Source: an uncultured Leptospiraceae bacterium (lineage in GTDB: Bacteria; Spirochaetota; UBA4802; JAGODF01). Taken from it: a stretch of 64,000 bases of DNA. A program made the position numbers and the translations under genes. The DNA is taken from assembly GCA_964627815.1 (NCBI GenBank), contig CAZVKE010000008.1:182116-246115 (forward strand), in the 5' to 3' direction. The stretch's first letter is position 1. Each line of letters starts with the position of its first letter. Below are positions 52,868-62,013 of the stretch, one piece after another. The notes beneath the pieces are model-generated. The model saw only the letters and a list, made by a program, of their open reading frames with translations. It did no database searches and was not told the origin of the DNA.

Positions 52868-54580
52868 ATGAGACTTCTTAAGCCCAGGGAAATAAAAAAA
52901 GAGATGAATGTCGTTGCGGACCTTGAGCATTTAAGGAAGCTCTTTATCATGCCCGATTCGCCCGATAAATTTCTCCAGTTCGGGCATGAACTGCTTGACC
53001 TCATCCACAATTTTTTCAAGGAGAAAGGCGGTATTCACAGCGAGATAGCCCTTCCCGAGCTCGCGAAGCTTTTTTCCAATATCGACATTCCCGACCAGCC
53101 GCACCTCTGGAAAGACATTCTCCAGGAAATAAAAAACAACATCATCGCGCATTCCGTGAAGGTGGGGAGCCCCTATTATGTCGGGCACATGACGAGCGCA
53201 ATACCGTACTTCATGATCCTGCTTGAGATGATCATCGCGGCGCTCAACCAGAACCAGGTCAAGATCGAAACGGCCAAGGCCTCGACCTTCCTGGAGCGCG
53301 AGTTTGTTTCGTGGATACATCGCCTGGTGTTCAACAGATCGGAGCGTTTTTACCGGCAGAATATTCAGAACCCGAGGATCGCGATAGGCAACGTGACGAC
53401 CGACGGGACTATATCCAACCTGACCGCGCTCATGGTTGCGCGCAACAGGGCGTTCCCGGCCGACGGCCGTTTCCCCGGTATCAGGAAAGCGGGGCTTTTC
53501 GAGGCGTACCGGTATTATAACTGCGAGAAAGCGGTGCTGATCGTATCCAAACGCGGCCACTATTCAATCGACAAGGTGGCGCGGATACTTGGGATCGGTG
53601 AAAATAATGTCATCAAGATCCCCGTCGATGCCCACAACAAGATCGATATCGAGAAGCTGCGCCAGACCTGCAATGATATCCGCGAACACAACCGCAACAA
53701 CGCGCAGAAGATCAAGATCATCTCCCTGATCGGGATCGCGGGAACGACCGAAACCGGCAATATCGACAATCTCCTTGAGCTGAAACAGGTAGCCGACGAG
53801 CATGACGCCTACTTCCACGTTGATGCGGCGTGGGGCGGATCGCTCCTGATGGTCGAAAAATACCGGCACCTCTTCAAGGGAATAGAATGCGCCGATTCGG
53901 TAAGTTTCGATGCCCATAAGCTGCTCTATTCGCCGCTCTCGATGGGCGTGGTGATATTCCGGAAGGAGACGGACTGCTATTACCTGAAGCACACCTCGAA
54001 TTATATCATCCGGCAGGACTCTATCGACCAGGGCCGTTTCACGGTTGAAGGATCGCGGCCCTTCTCCTGCCTGAAACCCTGGGTGACCGTCAAGATGTTC
54101 GGGACCGAGGGATTCAAGGTGCTCTTCGACCACGCGTTCGACCTGACCTACGTCCTTCGGGGTCTTGTCGAAGCGCACAATAACTTCGAACAGATGAATT
54201 ACCCCGAAATTTTTATCTTCAACTACCGCTTCGTGCCGAAAAAGGTCCGCGAAAAGCTGGACGCGCTCATGCGCGACAGGGACAATACCAACGAGAAAAA
54301 GCGCAACGCGGCCGAGATCCGGATCAAGCGCATCAACCACGCGCTCAACCAGCTCAACATCGAGCTGCACAGGGCCATCCGGCAGGAAGACAACAGCTTC
54401 GTGTCGAGAACCATTCTCGAGTCAACACGGTACGCGCCGCAGAACATCGTGGTGCTGCGCTCGCTGACCATCAATCCCCTGACGACGCCCGATATCCTCA
54501 GGGAGATTATCGACGAACAGAACAGGCTGGGGATGAAGATCTATAAAAATGAATTTGAAAAGCAACTCGAGAATCTGTAG
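52868..54580 (+). CDS. Pyridoxal-phosphate-dependent group II amino-acid decarboxylase
   Basis: 570 aa. GTISNLTALMVAR, HVDAAWGG, PLP-lysine motif SFDAHKLLYSP. Substrate cannot be assigned from sequence alone. Confidence 0.8.
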   Translation: MRLLKPREIKKEMNVVADLEHLRKLFIMPDSPDKFLQFGHELLDLIHNFFKEKGGIHSEIALPELAKLFSNIDIPDQPHLWKDILQEIKNNIIAHSVKVGSPYYVGHMTSAIPYFMILLEMIIAALNQNQVKIETAKASTFLEREFVSWIHRLVFNRSERFYRQNIQNPRIAIGNVTTDGTISNLTALMVARNRAFPADGRFPGIRKAGLFEAYRYYNCEKAVLIVSKRGHYSIDKVARILGIGENNVIKIPVDAHNKIDIEKLRQTCNDIREHNRNNAQKIKIISLIGIAGTTETGNIDNLLELKQVADEHDAYFHVDAAWGGSLLMVEKYRHLFKGIECADSVSFDAHKLLYSPLSMGVVIFRKETDCYYLKHTSNYIIRQDSIDQGRFTVEGSRPFSCLKPWVTVKMFGTEGFKVLFDHAFDLTYVLRGLVEAHNNFEQMNYPEIFIFNYRFVPKKVREKLDALMRDRDNTNEKKRNAAEIRIKRINHALNQLNIELHRAIRQEDNSFVSRTILESTRYAPQNIVVLRSLTINPLTTPDILREIIDEQNRLGMKIYKNEFEKQLENL

Positions 54581-55613
54581 CGCCGCCTGCTTTTTCCTGC
54601 TGTCAGCCGTTTCATTGTTCATCTCCGGTACGCTGTCCGGCGCACAGCCGGAGGGGGACACATACGTTCTCCACGAAGGCAGGCTCTATCATCATACGCC
54701 GGATTCGGTCACGCCCGTCAGGATAGACGGCAGGGTTGACGCGTTTTACTCGAAAGGCAAAACCGTTGTATACCTGCGCGCGTCGAATGGCGATGAGCGT
54801 CGGTATTATATCGGAATAAAAAAGCCTGTCGATCAGCGCCCCGCCGAGAAGGAGTTCGCCTTCGATACCGCTCCCGCTGATATCAGGAAATTTGCCGCAA
54901 AAGATGACGCGGCGTATATTCTCCTCACGGAAAAGAGTGGTCCCGAAAACGCGCCTTTGCTTTTTACCGTTGATCTCGCCTCGATGAGTGTCACGCGGCT
55001 CGCCGGTATTGCAGATTTTTACCTCGCCGGAAGTTCTCTTATCCTGCTCGAAAAAAAAGGGAGAGGCTATTCCGTCAGATCGGACGCAGGCAGCATGCCG
55101 GTGAGCGTTTCAGGTGTCCCGCGCTTTGTAGACTGCGCGGGGGGCAGGCTTTTGATGGTTTCCGGCGGTGATGAAATTGAAGCGGTTGATATCATCCGGA
55201 TGAAAAGCGTTTACCTGTATTCGTCGGCCAGGAGGGTAAAGGAGCCGAAAGACCACAATCTGATCATTGAAGCGTCGGATACGGCCGGATCCCGCCGGAT
55301 CGAAAAAATGGTATTCTACAAGGTCTTTATCGACGGAGTGAACGCCGGCAGGACCGACAGCGGCATCGCGCAGCTGCCGGTTTCGTGCAGGTCCATGACG
55401 GAAGCCGGCAGGGACCATATTGTGCGCATCGAGCGCTGGGAGCTGAAGCGCGCGCTGGAAAAATATGAGCGCGTTAACAATATCCATCAGCCCGAATCCG
55501 TGAAGCTGTATATTCCCGTGGACCGGGTTATAAAATTAGGGTTTGTCTTTGACGGAAAGAAATACGCCGTTACACAATCGGTTGTCTTTGAGGAAGAAGG
55601 AGAAAATAAATGA
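54549..55613 (+). CDS. Hypothetical secreted protein
   Basis: 354-aa ORF overlapping the decarboxylase 3' end by 32 nt. N-terminal signal-like CSAACFFLLSAVSLFISG. No family motif recognised. Confidence 0.5.
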   Translation: MNLKSNSRICSAACFFLLSAVSLFISGTLSGAQPEGDTYVLHEGRLYHHTPDSVTPVRIDGRVDAFYSKGKTVVYLRASNGDERRYYIGIKKPVDQRPAEKEFAFDTAPADIRKFAAKDDAAYILLTEKSGPENAPLLFTVDLASMSVTRLAGIADFYLAGSSLILLEKKGRGYSVRSDAGSMPVSVSGVPRFVDCAGGRLLMVSGGDEIEAVDIIRMKSVYLYSSARRVKEPKDHNLIIEASDTAGSRRIEKMVFYKVFIDGVNAGRTDSGIAQLPVSCRSMTEAGRDHIVRIERWELKRALEKYERVNNIHQPESVKLYIPVDRVIKLGFVFDGKKYAVTQSVVFEEEGENK

Positions 55614-55637
55614 TCCGCCGTCGGAACGGCGGATCAT
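55610..55637. terminator. Bidirectional terminator hairpin between convergent genes
   Basis: Perfect 12-bp stem atgatccgccgt/acggcggatcat with loop cgga. A T-rich run follows on the minus strand (tttattttc). The stem includes the TGA of the plus-strand gene. Confidence 0.6.
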
Positions 55638-55658
55638 TACGTTGTTTCGATCTGATGC

Positions 55659-56549
55659 TTACTGGTAATCGTTAAGCCTTTCAGTTCTCATCTCATCCCG
55701 CTCGACCACTTCTTTTATGTGCTTGTATTCCGGAGATTTCACCCCATATTCGATCTGGACGGCCATCAGCAGGTATTCGTTCTTTTTCTGGCGATGGTGA
55801 ATGATCTGATCTTCCGAAACGCCGCGTGAGCGTGAGAGCACGCCTTCGAGATAGCCGTAGCAGCTGGCGAGATACTTGTATGCCCACACATCGTCCTTGG
55901 TTTTTGTATCGATCGCGATGTAGCGCTCGAGTATCGGGATACACGGCCTGTAGTTTCGTATATCGTGCTGGGTAGACACGTAGACCTGATAAAGATGGAC
56001 CTTGAAGTTTTTGAACGCCGCGTTTTTTGTAATATATTCTTTGTTTACTTCCTCGATCTCATCAATAAAATTGATCGATTTGGTAAGGTAGGTCACGGCC
56101 TTCGTTTTCGCCTCGTCCTTTCTCGCGACAATCCTGCGCCGCATCTGGTTCAGCCTGTCAACTTCCTGCCAGTGCCAGCGCTCGCTCAGGTGTTTTCCTT
56201 TTTTGTTCTGCTCGATCAGGCGCTGAACATCCTGTTCGGCGTCTTCAAGGAGATCAATGGCCTTGGCGTATTCGTCGCGGGCCAGCTGAAGCCGCTCATC
56301 GGCGTATTTAATGTTGAATCTCTCCAGGTCTTTCATCGCCTTGATGTAGGGCTGAAAGTCTTTGATCCTCCACCCGGCGATTCCGTTGGCTGATTCATCC
56401 AGGTTCTCGGTCTGTTTTCCGGGTTCCTTGGCGGTCTGGGCTTGCGCCTGGGCCTGTGCGTAGCTCTTTATCGGCAGTATGCACATCGCGATAAAAAGCG
56501 CGCATACTGCTATTCTCGCGATATTAATGAGCGGAATTAGATTTTTCAT
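55659..56549 (-). CDS. Hypothetical secreted helical protein
   Basis: 296-aa ORF. Signal peptide ending KSYAQAQAQAQ, then a helical charged body. No family motif recognised. Confidence 0.5.
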   Translation of the reverse strand: MKNLIPLINIARIAVCALFIAMCILPIKSYAQAQAQAQTAKEPGKQTENLDESANGIAGWRIKDFQPYIKAMKDLERFNIKYADERLQLARDEYAKAIDLLEDAEQDVQRLIEQNKKGKHLSERWHWQEVDRLNQMRRRIVARKDEAKTKAVTYLTKSINFIDEIEEVNKEYITKNAAFKNFKVHLYQVYVSTQHDIRNYRPCIPILERYIAIDTKTKDDVWAYKYLASCYGYLEGVLSRSRGVSEDQIIHHRQKKNEYLLMAVQIEYGVKSPEYKHIKEVVERDEMRTERLNDYQ

Positions 56550-56641
56550 AAAAAATAACCCTGTCCTTGAGTTCTGGTAATAGTACTATCATTTTTAATT
56601 TTCGGCAGATCAAGCATAAAAATTGATTTTTTTATTGGATA

Positions 56642-56682
56642 CCGGGGCAAATTAGGCCCGATATCAGGCCCCGGCTTTTTTT
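56642..56682 (+). terminator. Terminator-like hairpin plus T7 tract in a divergent intergenic region
   Basis: ccggggc (56642..56648) pairs with gccccgg (56668..56674), with a 19-nt loop, then c + TTTTTTT. No plus-strand gene lies immediately upstream. Confidence 0.35.
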
Positions 56683-56748
56683 CATTGACATACCTGTTAT
56701 TTGTGGTAAATAAGAAAGTGAAATTGGATTCGTGTACAGGGGCCCAGC

Positions 56749-57426
56749 ATGGACGAGTTACGAAAGGCGATAGAGGAGAACAGGCCAGTCCGACTCGTCG
56801 CCTATTCGGTAAGCCCGGCGATTGAGGGGAAAATAAAGGAAATTCTGCTTCTTCACCTGAGCATACACCGGTGTGAGGTGCTGCATGATTCCCTTTATAC
56901 GGCAATAAAGGAGCTTCTTATTAACGCGGTGAAGGCGAATTATAAGAATATTTATTTTGAAAACTATTCGCCTAAAAACAATCTTTCCGAAAAATTTGAC
57001 TATGCTACGGCTCTCGAGCTTTTCAAGCTTGAGCTTGCCAGAAACGAGGGGAGCTATCTCGCCGAAATAGCGAAGAAAAAAAACCTGAACGCCGAAATCG
57101 TCTGGAGGCTTTTTGAAGAAACGCTTTCGGTCTACGTCATAAATCCCGTTTCCATGACAGAAATAGAGTTGCGGAATGTCCAGAAAAAGCTTGAATTCGC
57201 GCGGAACTGCACGGATATAAGCGAATACTTCCTGATAGAAGAAGAAGATGAAAATCAGGAAGGCGCAGGGCTCGGGCTCATTCTCATCATGATGATTTTG
57301 AAAAGCCTCGGCGGTGGCGAAGAAAATTTAAACATCAAATCTGCGAACGGAAAGACCGTGGCGGCGCTCACCATACCCCTGACCGAAACCACGCTGTCGC
57401 ATTATCGCAGGAAGACATCTAATTAA
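56749..57426 (+). CDS. GHKL/HATPase-like protein with degenerate G1 box
   Basis: 225 aa. N-box-like AIKELLINAVKAN and G2-like EGAGLGLILIMMILKSLGG. Where DxGxG is expected the sequence reads VYVINPVSMTE. TTGACA at 56685..56690 lies upstream. Confidence 0.5.
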   Translation: MDELRKAIEENRPVRLVAYSVSPAIEGKIKEILLLHLSIHRCEVLHDSLYTAIKELLINAVKANYKNIYFENYSPKNNLSEKFDYATALELFKLELARNEGSYLAEIAKKKNLNAEIVWRLFEETLSVYVINPVSMTEIELRNVQKKLEFARNCTDISEYFLIEEEDENQEGAGLGLILIMMILKSLGGGEENLNIKSANGKTVAALTIPLTETTLSHYRRKTSN

Positions 57427-57509
57427 ATACCGCCGTTGCGCGGGCAATGTACCGGGGTTCACAAAAGAACGGAGTACGGGCCGCTGTGGCGGGGGATACG
57501 ATTCTACCC

Positions 57510-58322
57510 ATGACTGAAATGATTTCCGCTTTTTCCTCATGTCCCAATGATACCTTCATTTTTCACGCGCTGCTGCACGGAGCGGTGGATACGGGGCGGT
57601 TTCGCTTTGCTCCGTATATCAGCGATGTTGAAGAGCTCAACGCGTTTGCCGCGCGCAAGCGCTTCCCGCTTACCAAGCTCTCCTTTCACGCGTATCTTCG
57701 CCTGAAAAGCGAGTACACGGCGCTCGACGCGGGATCGGCCCTCGGCTTCGGATGCGGCCCGCTCCTCATCGCTCCTGAGGGCAGCGATCTGATCAGGCAT
57801 CCTGATGGAATCGTGAAGGGAATTGTCGCGGTGCCGGGCGAATACACGACCGCGAACCTCCTGCTCCGGCTCTGGAACCCTGACGTCAGGACGGCCAGTG
57901 TGCGCTTCGACCGCATCATGCCGGGCGTACAGGCGGGAGAATACGACGCCGGGGTGATAATCCATGAAGGGAGGTTCATCTATCCTTCGTACGGCCTCTC
58001 GAAGATCATAGATCTGGGCGAGTGGTGGGAGCGTGAGACGGGCCTTCCTATCCCCCTTGGCTGTATCGCAATCCGTAACGACTTTCGTGAAGCGTATGGT
58101 GAGCTCAACAGGATTATGGGCGATTCGGTCCGTTACGCGATGGAGCACCCGCTCGCGTCGCGTGAGTTCGTGAAGACGCACGCGCAGGAGATGGATGACG
58201 CGGTGATCGACGAGCACATCCGCCTCTACGTGAATGAATTTACGCTGCGGCTCGGGGATGCCGGAATGAAGGCCGCTGCGAAACTCGAGGAGATGGCGCG
58301 ATGCCGCAGGATAATCCCGTAG
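57510..58322 (+). CDS. mqnD: 1,4-dihydroxy-6-naphthoate synthase (futalosine pathway, MqnD; MqnA-like not excluded)
   Basis: N-terminus MTEMISAFSSCPNDTFIFHALLHG matches the SxCPNDTFxF signature I recall for MqnD. About 270 aa of periplasmic-binding-protein-like fold. Confidence 0.65.
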   Translation: MTEMISAFSSCPNDTFIFHALLHGAVDTGRFRFAPYISDVEELNAFAARKRFPLTKLSFHAYLRLKSEYTALDAGSALGFGCGPLLIAPEGSDLIRHPDGIVKGIVAVPGEYTTANLLLRLWNPDVRTASVRFDRIMPGVQAGEYDAGVIIHEGRFIYPSYGLSKIIDLGEWWERETGLPIPLGCIAIRNDFREAYGELNRIMGDSVRYAMEHPLASREFVKTHAQEMDDAVIDEHIRLYVNEFTLRLGDAGMKAAAKLEEMARCRRIIP

Positions 58323-58948
58323 GCCTTGTCATGGCAACTTCGCTTGAGGCGCAGCCGGTAATCGAAAGATTTTCCCTGCGCGAGGAAGCGTCAAAGCCGT
58401 TCCGCGTATACGCCGGCGACGGTGTCGTGCTCGCCATTTCCGGTATCGGCAAAGCCTGCGCGGCGATGGCGTCCTCCTTTCTCATCTGGCGCCATGATGT
58501 CCGCGTCGTGGTGAACGCGGGCGCGGCGGGATCGACGGTCGATGCGGAGCTCGGGGATATTTTTCAGATCGAACGCGCGATCGAGTTCGACCGGCCGACG
58601 CTTGCGAACAGGGGGATTCGGGTTCATCTTCCCGATACGATCGAAGGCTTTCGAAACGCGGTCCTTGCCACGCAGGACGTGCCTGTCGTGACGGCGGAAG
58701 AGCGGGCGCGCGTGGCGGTCCATGCCGCGCTTGTGGATATGGAAGGCGCGGCGGTCGTCCAGGCGTGCCGTCTTTCCGGCGCGAGGTGCCATCTATTCAA
58801 AATAGTCAGCGACACTCCCGCGCACCGCTGCGACCGGGACATCGTGGAAAGCATCAGGTTCGTCAGGGGGACGCTTGCCGACTTTCTGGCGGACGGTCTT
58901 TTCGCGCGCCATATCGCGCTTCTGCGCGGGGATGCGGGACAGGTCTGA
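58301..58948 (+). CDS. mqnB: Futalosine hydrolase / MTA-SAH-nucleosidase-family protein (MqnB-like)
   Basis: 215 aa, PNP_UDP-type pattern (GIGKACAA, VVNAGAAG, LVDMEGAAV). Overlaps the mqnD 3' end by 22 nt. Confidence 0.6.
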   Translation: MPQDNPVGLVMATSLEAQPVIERFSLREEASKPFRVYAGDGVVLAISGIGKACAAMASSFLIWRHDVRVVVNAGAAGSTVDAELGDIFQIERAIEFDRPTLANRGIRVHLPDTIEGFRNAVLATQDVPVVTAEERARVAVHAALVDMEGAAVVQACRLSGARCHLFKIVSDTPAHRCDRDIVESIRFVRGTLADFLADGLFARHIALLRGDAGQV

Positions 58949-59220
58949 ATGCCCTTTCTCTGCGTATGGCTAATATAAGATCAAAAAAAAAATGGAAATG
59001 TTTTATCCTTGACGGATCAGGGCCCCGTTTCTAATGTCTGTAAGTGAACAGCGCGCCGAAAGTGTCAGGCGGGCGTGGATATATCCGCCGCCCGTACCCG
59101 GGGCCGGACGCGGATGATATGTGCCGTCTGTCCCTGCCTTGACGGGTGTTCCTGTACAGCGCGCTGCCGGCCGCCAGCGGCATATCGGGGATGCCGCTGC
59201 TTGTATCCATACCTCTTTAA

Positions 59221-59985
59221 ATGTGGACTGCCGCCATGAACGACCATGAGAGGACACAGGACCTGATCATTAAAAGGATAGGTAAAACGCCCCACATACC
59301 GGGCATGGTTGTGGAGCAGATCGTCGGGATGATTGCCGACGGCATCCTCAAGGCCGGCGACAAACTTCCCTCGGAACTCGAAATGACAAGGCGGTTCGGC
59401 ATTTCGCGGATATCACTGCGTGAGGCGATGAAGCTGCTCGAGGCGAAGGGGTATATTGAGTCGCTCGGGCGCAAGGGAAAGAGGGTGCGTTCGGTCGTTG
59501 AAAACGCGCTGATCACGCCGATTGCCGGTCTTATTTCGAACGATCCGGGAAAGGTGTGGGAGCTTTTCCAGGTGAGGAAAATAATCGACTCCGAGGCGGC
59601 ATATATCGCCGCGTATCACGGAAGCGCCGAGCAGTTCGAACGCCTTCAGGGCATGATGGAAAACTGCGAGCGTATCGGAATTGACCATCTCCTCAACAAA
59701 AAAGAGAGCGGCATACTCTACTGCGATTTTTACAAATGCCTGGGAGAGGCGACGAACAATACCGTGTTTGCTCATCTCATGCGCTCGGTCTCGTCGATGC
59801 TGCGCGCCGCGCTTCCCGGCGGCAGAACCATGCTCGGCGGCATTAACGGCGGCTCGCGGAAAATCTACGAACAGCATATATCCCTCGTTGCGGCCCTCCG
59901 GAACAGGCGGCAGAAGGAGGCCAAGAACGCCATCATCGACCACATCGACTGGCTTGAAGCTGCCCTGCGCTCCGTGGTGAAGTAA
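59221..59985 (+). CDS. GntR-family (FadR-subfamily) transcriptional regulator
   Basis: N-terminal wHTH (LKAGDKLPSELEMTRRFGISRISLREAMKLLEAKGYIES) plus an all-helical FCD-like C-terminal domain. The start may be the ATG at 59236. Confidence 0.85.
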   Translation: MWTAAMNDHERTQDLIIKRIGKTPHIPGMVVEQIVGMIADGILKAGDKLPSELEMTRRFGISRISLREAMKLLEAKGYIESLGRKGKRVRSVVENALITPIAGLISNDPGKVWELFQVRKIIDSEAAYIAAYHGSAEQFERLQGMMENCERIGIDHLLNKKESGILYCDFYKCLGEATNNTVFAHLMRSVSSMLRAALPGGRTMLGGINGGSRKIYEQHISLVAALRNRRQKEAKNAIIDHIDWLEAALRSVVK

Positions 59986-60171
59986 AAACGCCGACTGCAT
60001 GGCCGGTTTTACGCTTCCACGCCCTCTTCCTCCAAAAAAGCTGTTTTTAGTATTGACTTTTTGCCGCGTTTCTATAGTTTTGCAACAGATTTCATAGAGC
60101 CCATGATTGTTGTATACCGCACGTCCGGCGGAGCATCCCTTGAGTGATTGTAATTTACTGGTGATCTGATT

Positions 60172-60873
60172 ATGCAATGTAAGAAAGTGAAGGTCTTCCT
60201 GGCCGTCGTAGTGTGCTGCCTGCTGTTGCCTGCCTATTCCGGAAACGCCTATAATTTCGATTTCGTTACCGTGACCGATATCGTGAAGAAGGTAAAAAAG
60301 CGATTTTCGGAAATCGATTCATATCAGGCGGATTTCATTGTTAATTCCTCCAAGCTGGGGCGCCAGCTGCGCCAGACGGGCATGGTGAAATACAAATCGG
60401 CAAATAAGATGATGGTGGATTTTTCCTCGCCGCAGCAGCACCGTATTGTATCCAACGGAAAGACGATGTGGATCTATATACCTTCGATGAACGTGGTCGC
60501 CGAGCAGTCGCTCAAGTCGGATTCCTCATCGATTTTTTCCTCCGGCACCAAGAGCGGCCTGCGGAGGCTTTTCTCGAAGTACCATTACAAGTTCGCGAGC
60601 AAGGACCAGCCGGTACAGATGGCGGACGGATCCAAGCGGTACATCCTCGACCTGAAACAGAAGGAAGCGAGCGGCGGATTCAGGACACTCAAGCTCTGGA
60701 TATCGGAAAATTTCCTGATCACCAAGGCGGCGGGCCAGACCGCGGCGGGCAAGGATGTTGAGATCGAATTCAATAACATACGAACGGACGTCTCGTTCCC
60801 CAACAGCATGTTCAAATTCGACATCCCCTCGGGGGCGCGTGTGATAAAAAATCCCATGATATCAGAGGAGTAG
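60172..60873 (+). CDS. LolA-like outer-membrane lipoprotein carrier/sorting protein
   Basis: 233 aa. Signal peptide, then SYQADF....G.V.YK..NKM.VDF......IVSNGKTMWIYIP, typical of the LolA fold family. Confidence 0.65.
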   Translation: MQCKKVKVFLAVVVCCLLLPAYSGNAYNFDFVTVTDIVKKVKKRFSEIDSYQADFIVNSSKLGRQLRQTGMVKYKSANKMMVDFSSPQQHRIVSNGKTMWIYIPSMNVVAEQSLKSDSSSIFSSGTKSGLRRLFSKYHYKFASKDQPVQMADGSKRYILDLKQKEASGGFRTLKLWISENFLITKAAGQTAAGKDVEIEFNNIRTDVSFPNSMFKFDIPSGARVIKNPMISEE

Positions 60874-60876
60874 AAC

Positions 60877-62010
60877 GTGGAGAGCATTGGAGAAAAGCTG
60901 AAAAACGCGCGGGAGGCGAAGAAGCTTTCCCTCAAGGACGTTGCCAAGGATTCCAATATACCGCCGAAATACCTTGAGGCGCTGGAGGACGAGGAGTTCG
61001 ACCGGTTCCCCGGAGAAACCTATGTGATCGGCTTTCTTCGCTCGTATGCCGATTTCCTGAAACTTGATTCGGAAGAGATCATCCAGTCGTACAAGGGATA
61101 CAAGATCGGCGAGAGCGCGACGCCAATCGCCGAGCTGACCAGGCCGACCCGCTCACCGATGATGATCAATATCTCGACATTCTATAACAACTACAAGAAT
61201 TATATCTACATCGGCGGTATCGCCGCGGCGGTGCTGTTCATCATCATCCTTTTCAGTTCGATCTATTCATCCAACGTCCGCGTCCATGACGGCGACGCCC
61301 TTTCCGACGTCAAGAACGGCGCGGGGAAAAATCAGAACGCATATATCGGGAATTACAACAAGCTCATTCTGCAGAACGATGTCGGATACGCAATCGTAGC
61401 CAAAAGCGAAGGCGTGTTCTTCTCCGTCGATCAGCGCGACGCGATGTTCATTCTCCGCGAGATCAAGGACCGCAACACCGTGGTACTCGAAATATCCCCC
61501 GGCAACATGATGGAAACGATAGTGAAGGACCAGCCGAAGACCGTTAACATCAAGGGATGCCCGCGTGAGGTCGAGTTCACGCTGAAAGCGGTCGCCGAAA
61601 ACAGCGCCAACATCAAGGTGAAGCTCGGCAAGGGGCTGGCCACTGAAGCGGTGGCCACCGACGATGAATCGCAGAAAAAGGTCGAGGCGAACGCGTCGCA
61701 GGTGATCGCCCGCAACGAAAAGAACCTGAATATCGTATTCGACGCGGAGTTCGCGCAGAAATCGTTCATCGAAGTCTATCTTGACGGCATGCTCAAGCGC
61801 AGGGGAATGGTACAGCAGGGCATCAAGGAGCGGTGGGAGGCGACAAGCCACATCCAGGTGCGGATAGGGAACGCCGGCGGCGTGAAAGTCAAGATCAACA
61901 ACCAGGACTACAACTGGGGCGGCCCGGGCGCGGTGGCAAACAAGATCATAACCTGGAAAAAGGACGCGGCGAACCCGAACGTGTATCATATCGTAGTGAA
62001 AGACTGGTAA
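60877..62010 (+). CDS. rodZ: RodZ-like cytoskeleton protein (HTH, TM, C-terminal DUF4115-like domain)
   Basis: IGEKLKNAREAKKLSLKDVAKDSNIPPKYLEALEDEEFDRFPGETYVIGFLRSYADFL, a single TM (IYIGGIAAAVLFIIILF), and C-terminal ...VRIGNAGGVKVKINN. Confidence 0.7.
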   Translation: MESIGEKLKNAREAKKLSLKDVAKDSNIPPKYLEALEDEEFDRFPGETYVIGFLRSYADFLKLDSEEIIQSYKGYKIGESATPIAELTRPTRSPMMINISTFYNNYKNYIYIGGIAAAVLFIIILFSSIYSSNVRVHDGDALSDVKNGAGKNQNAYIGNYNKLILQNDVGYAIVAKSEGVFFSVDQRDAMFILREIKDRNTVVLEISPGNMMETIVKDQPKTVNIKGCPREVEFTLKAVAENSANIKVKLGKGLATEAVATDDESQKKVEANASQVIARNEKNLNIVFDAEFAQKSFIEVYLDGMLKRRGMVQQGIKERWEATSHIQVRIGNAGGVKVKINNQDYNWGGPGAVANKIITWKKDAANPNVYHIVVKDW

Positions 62011-62013
62011 GCA

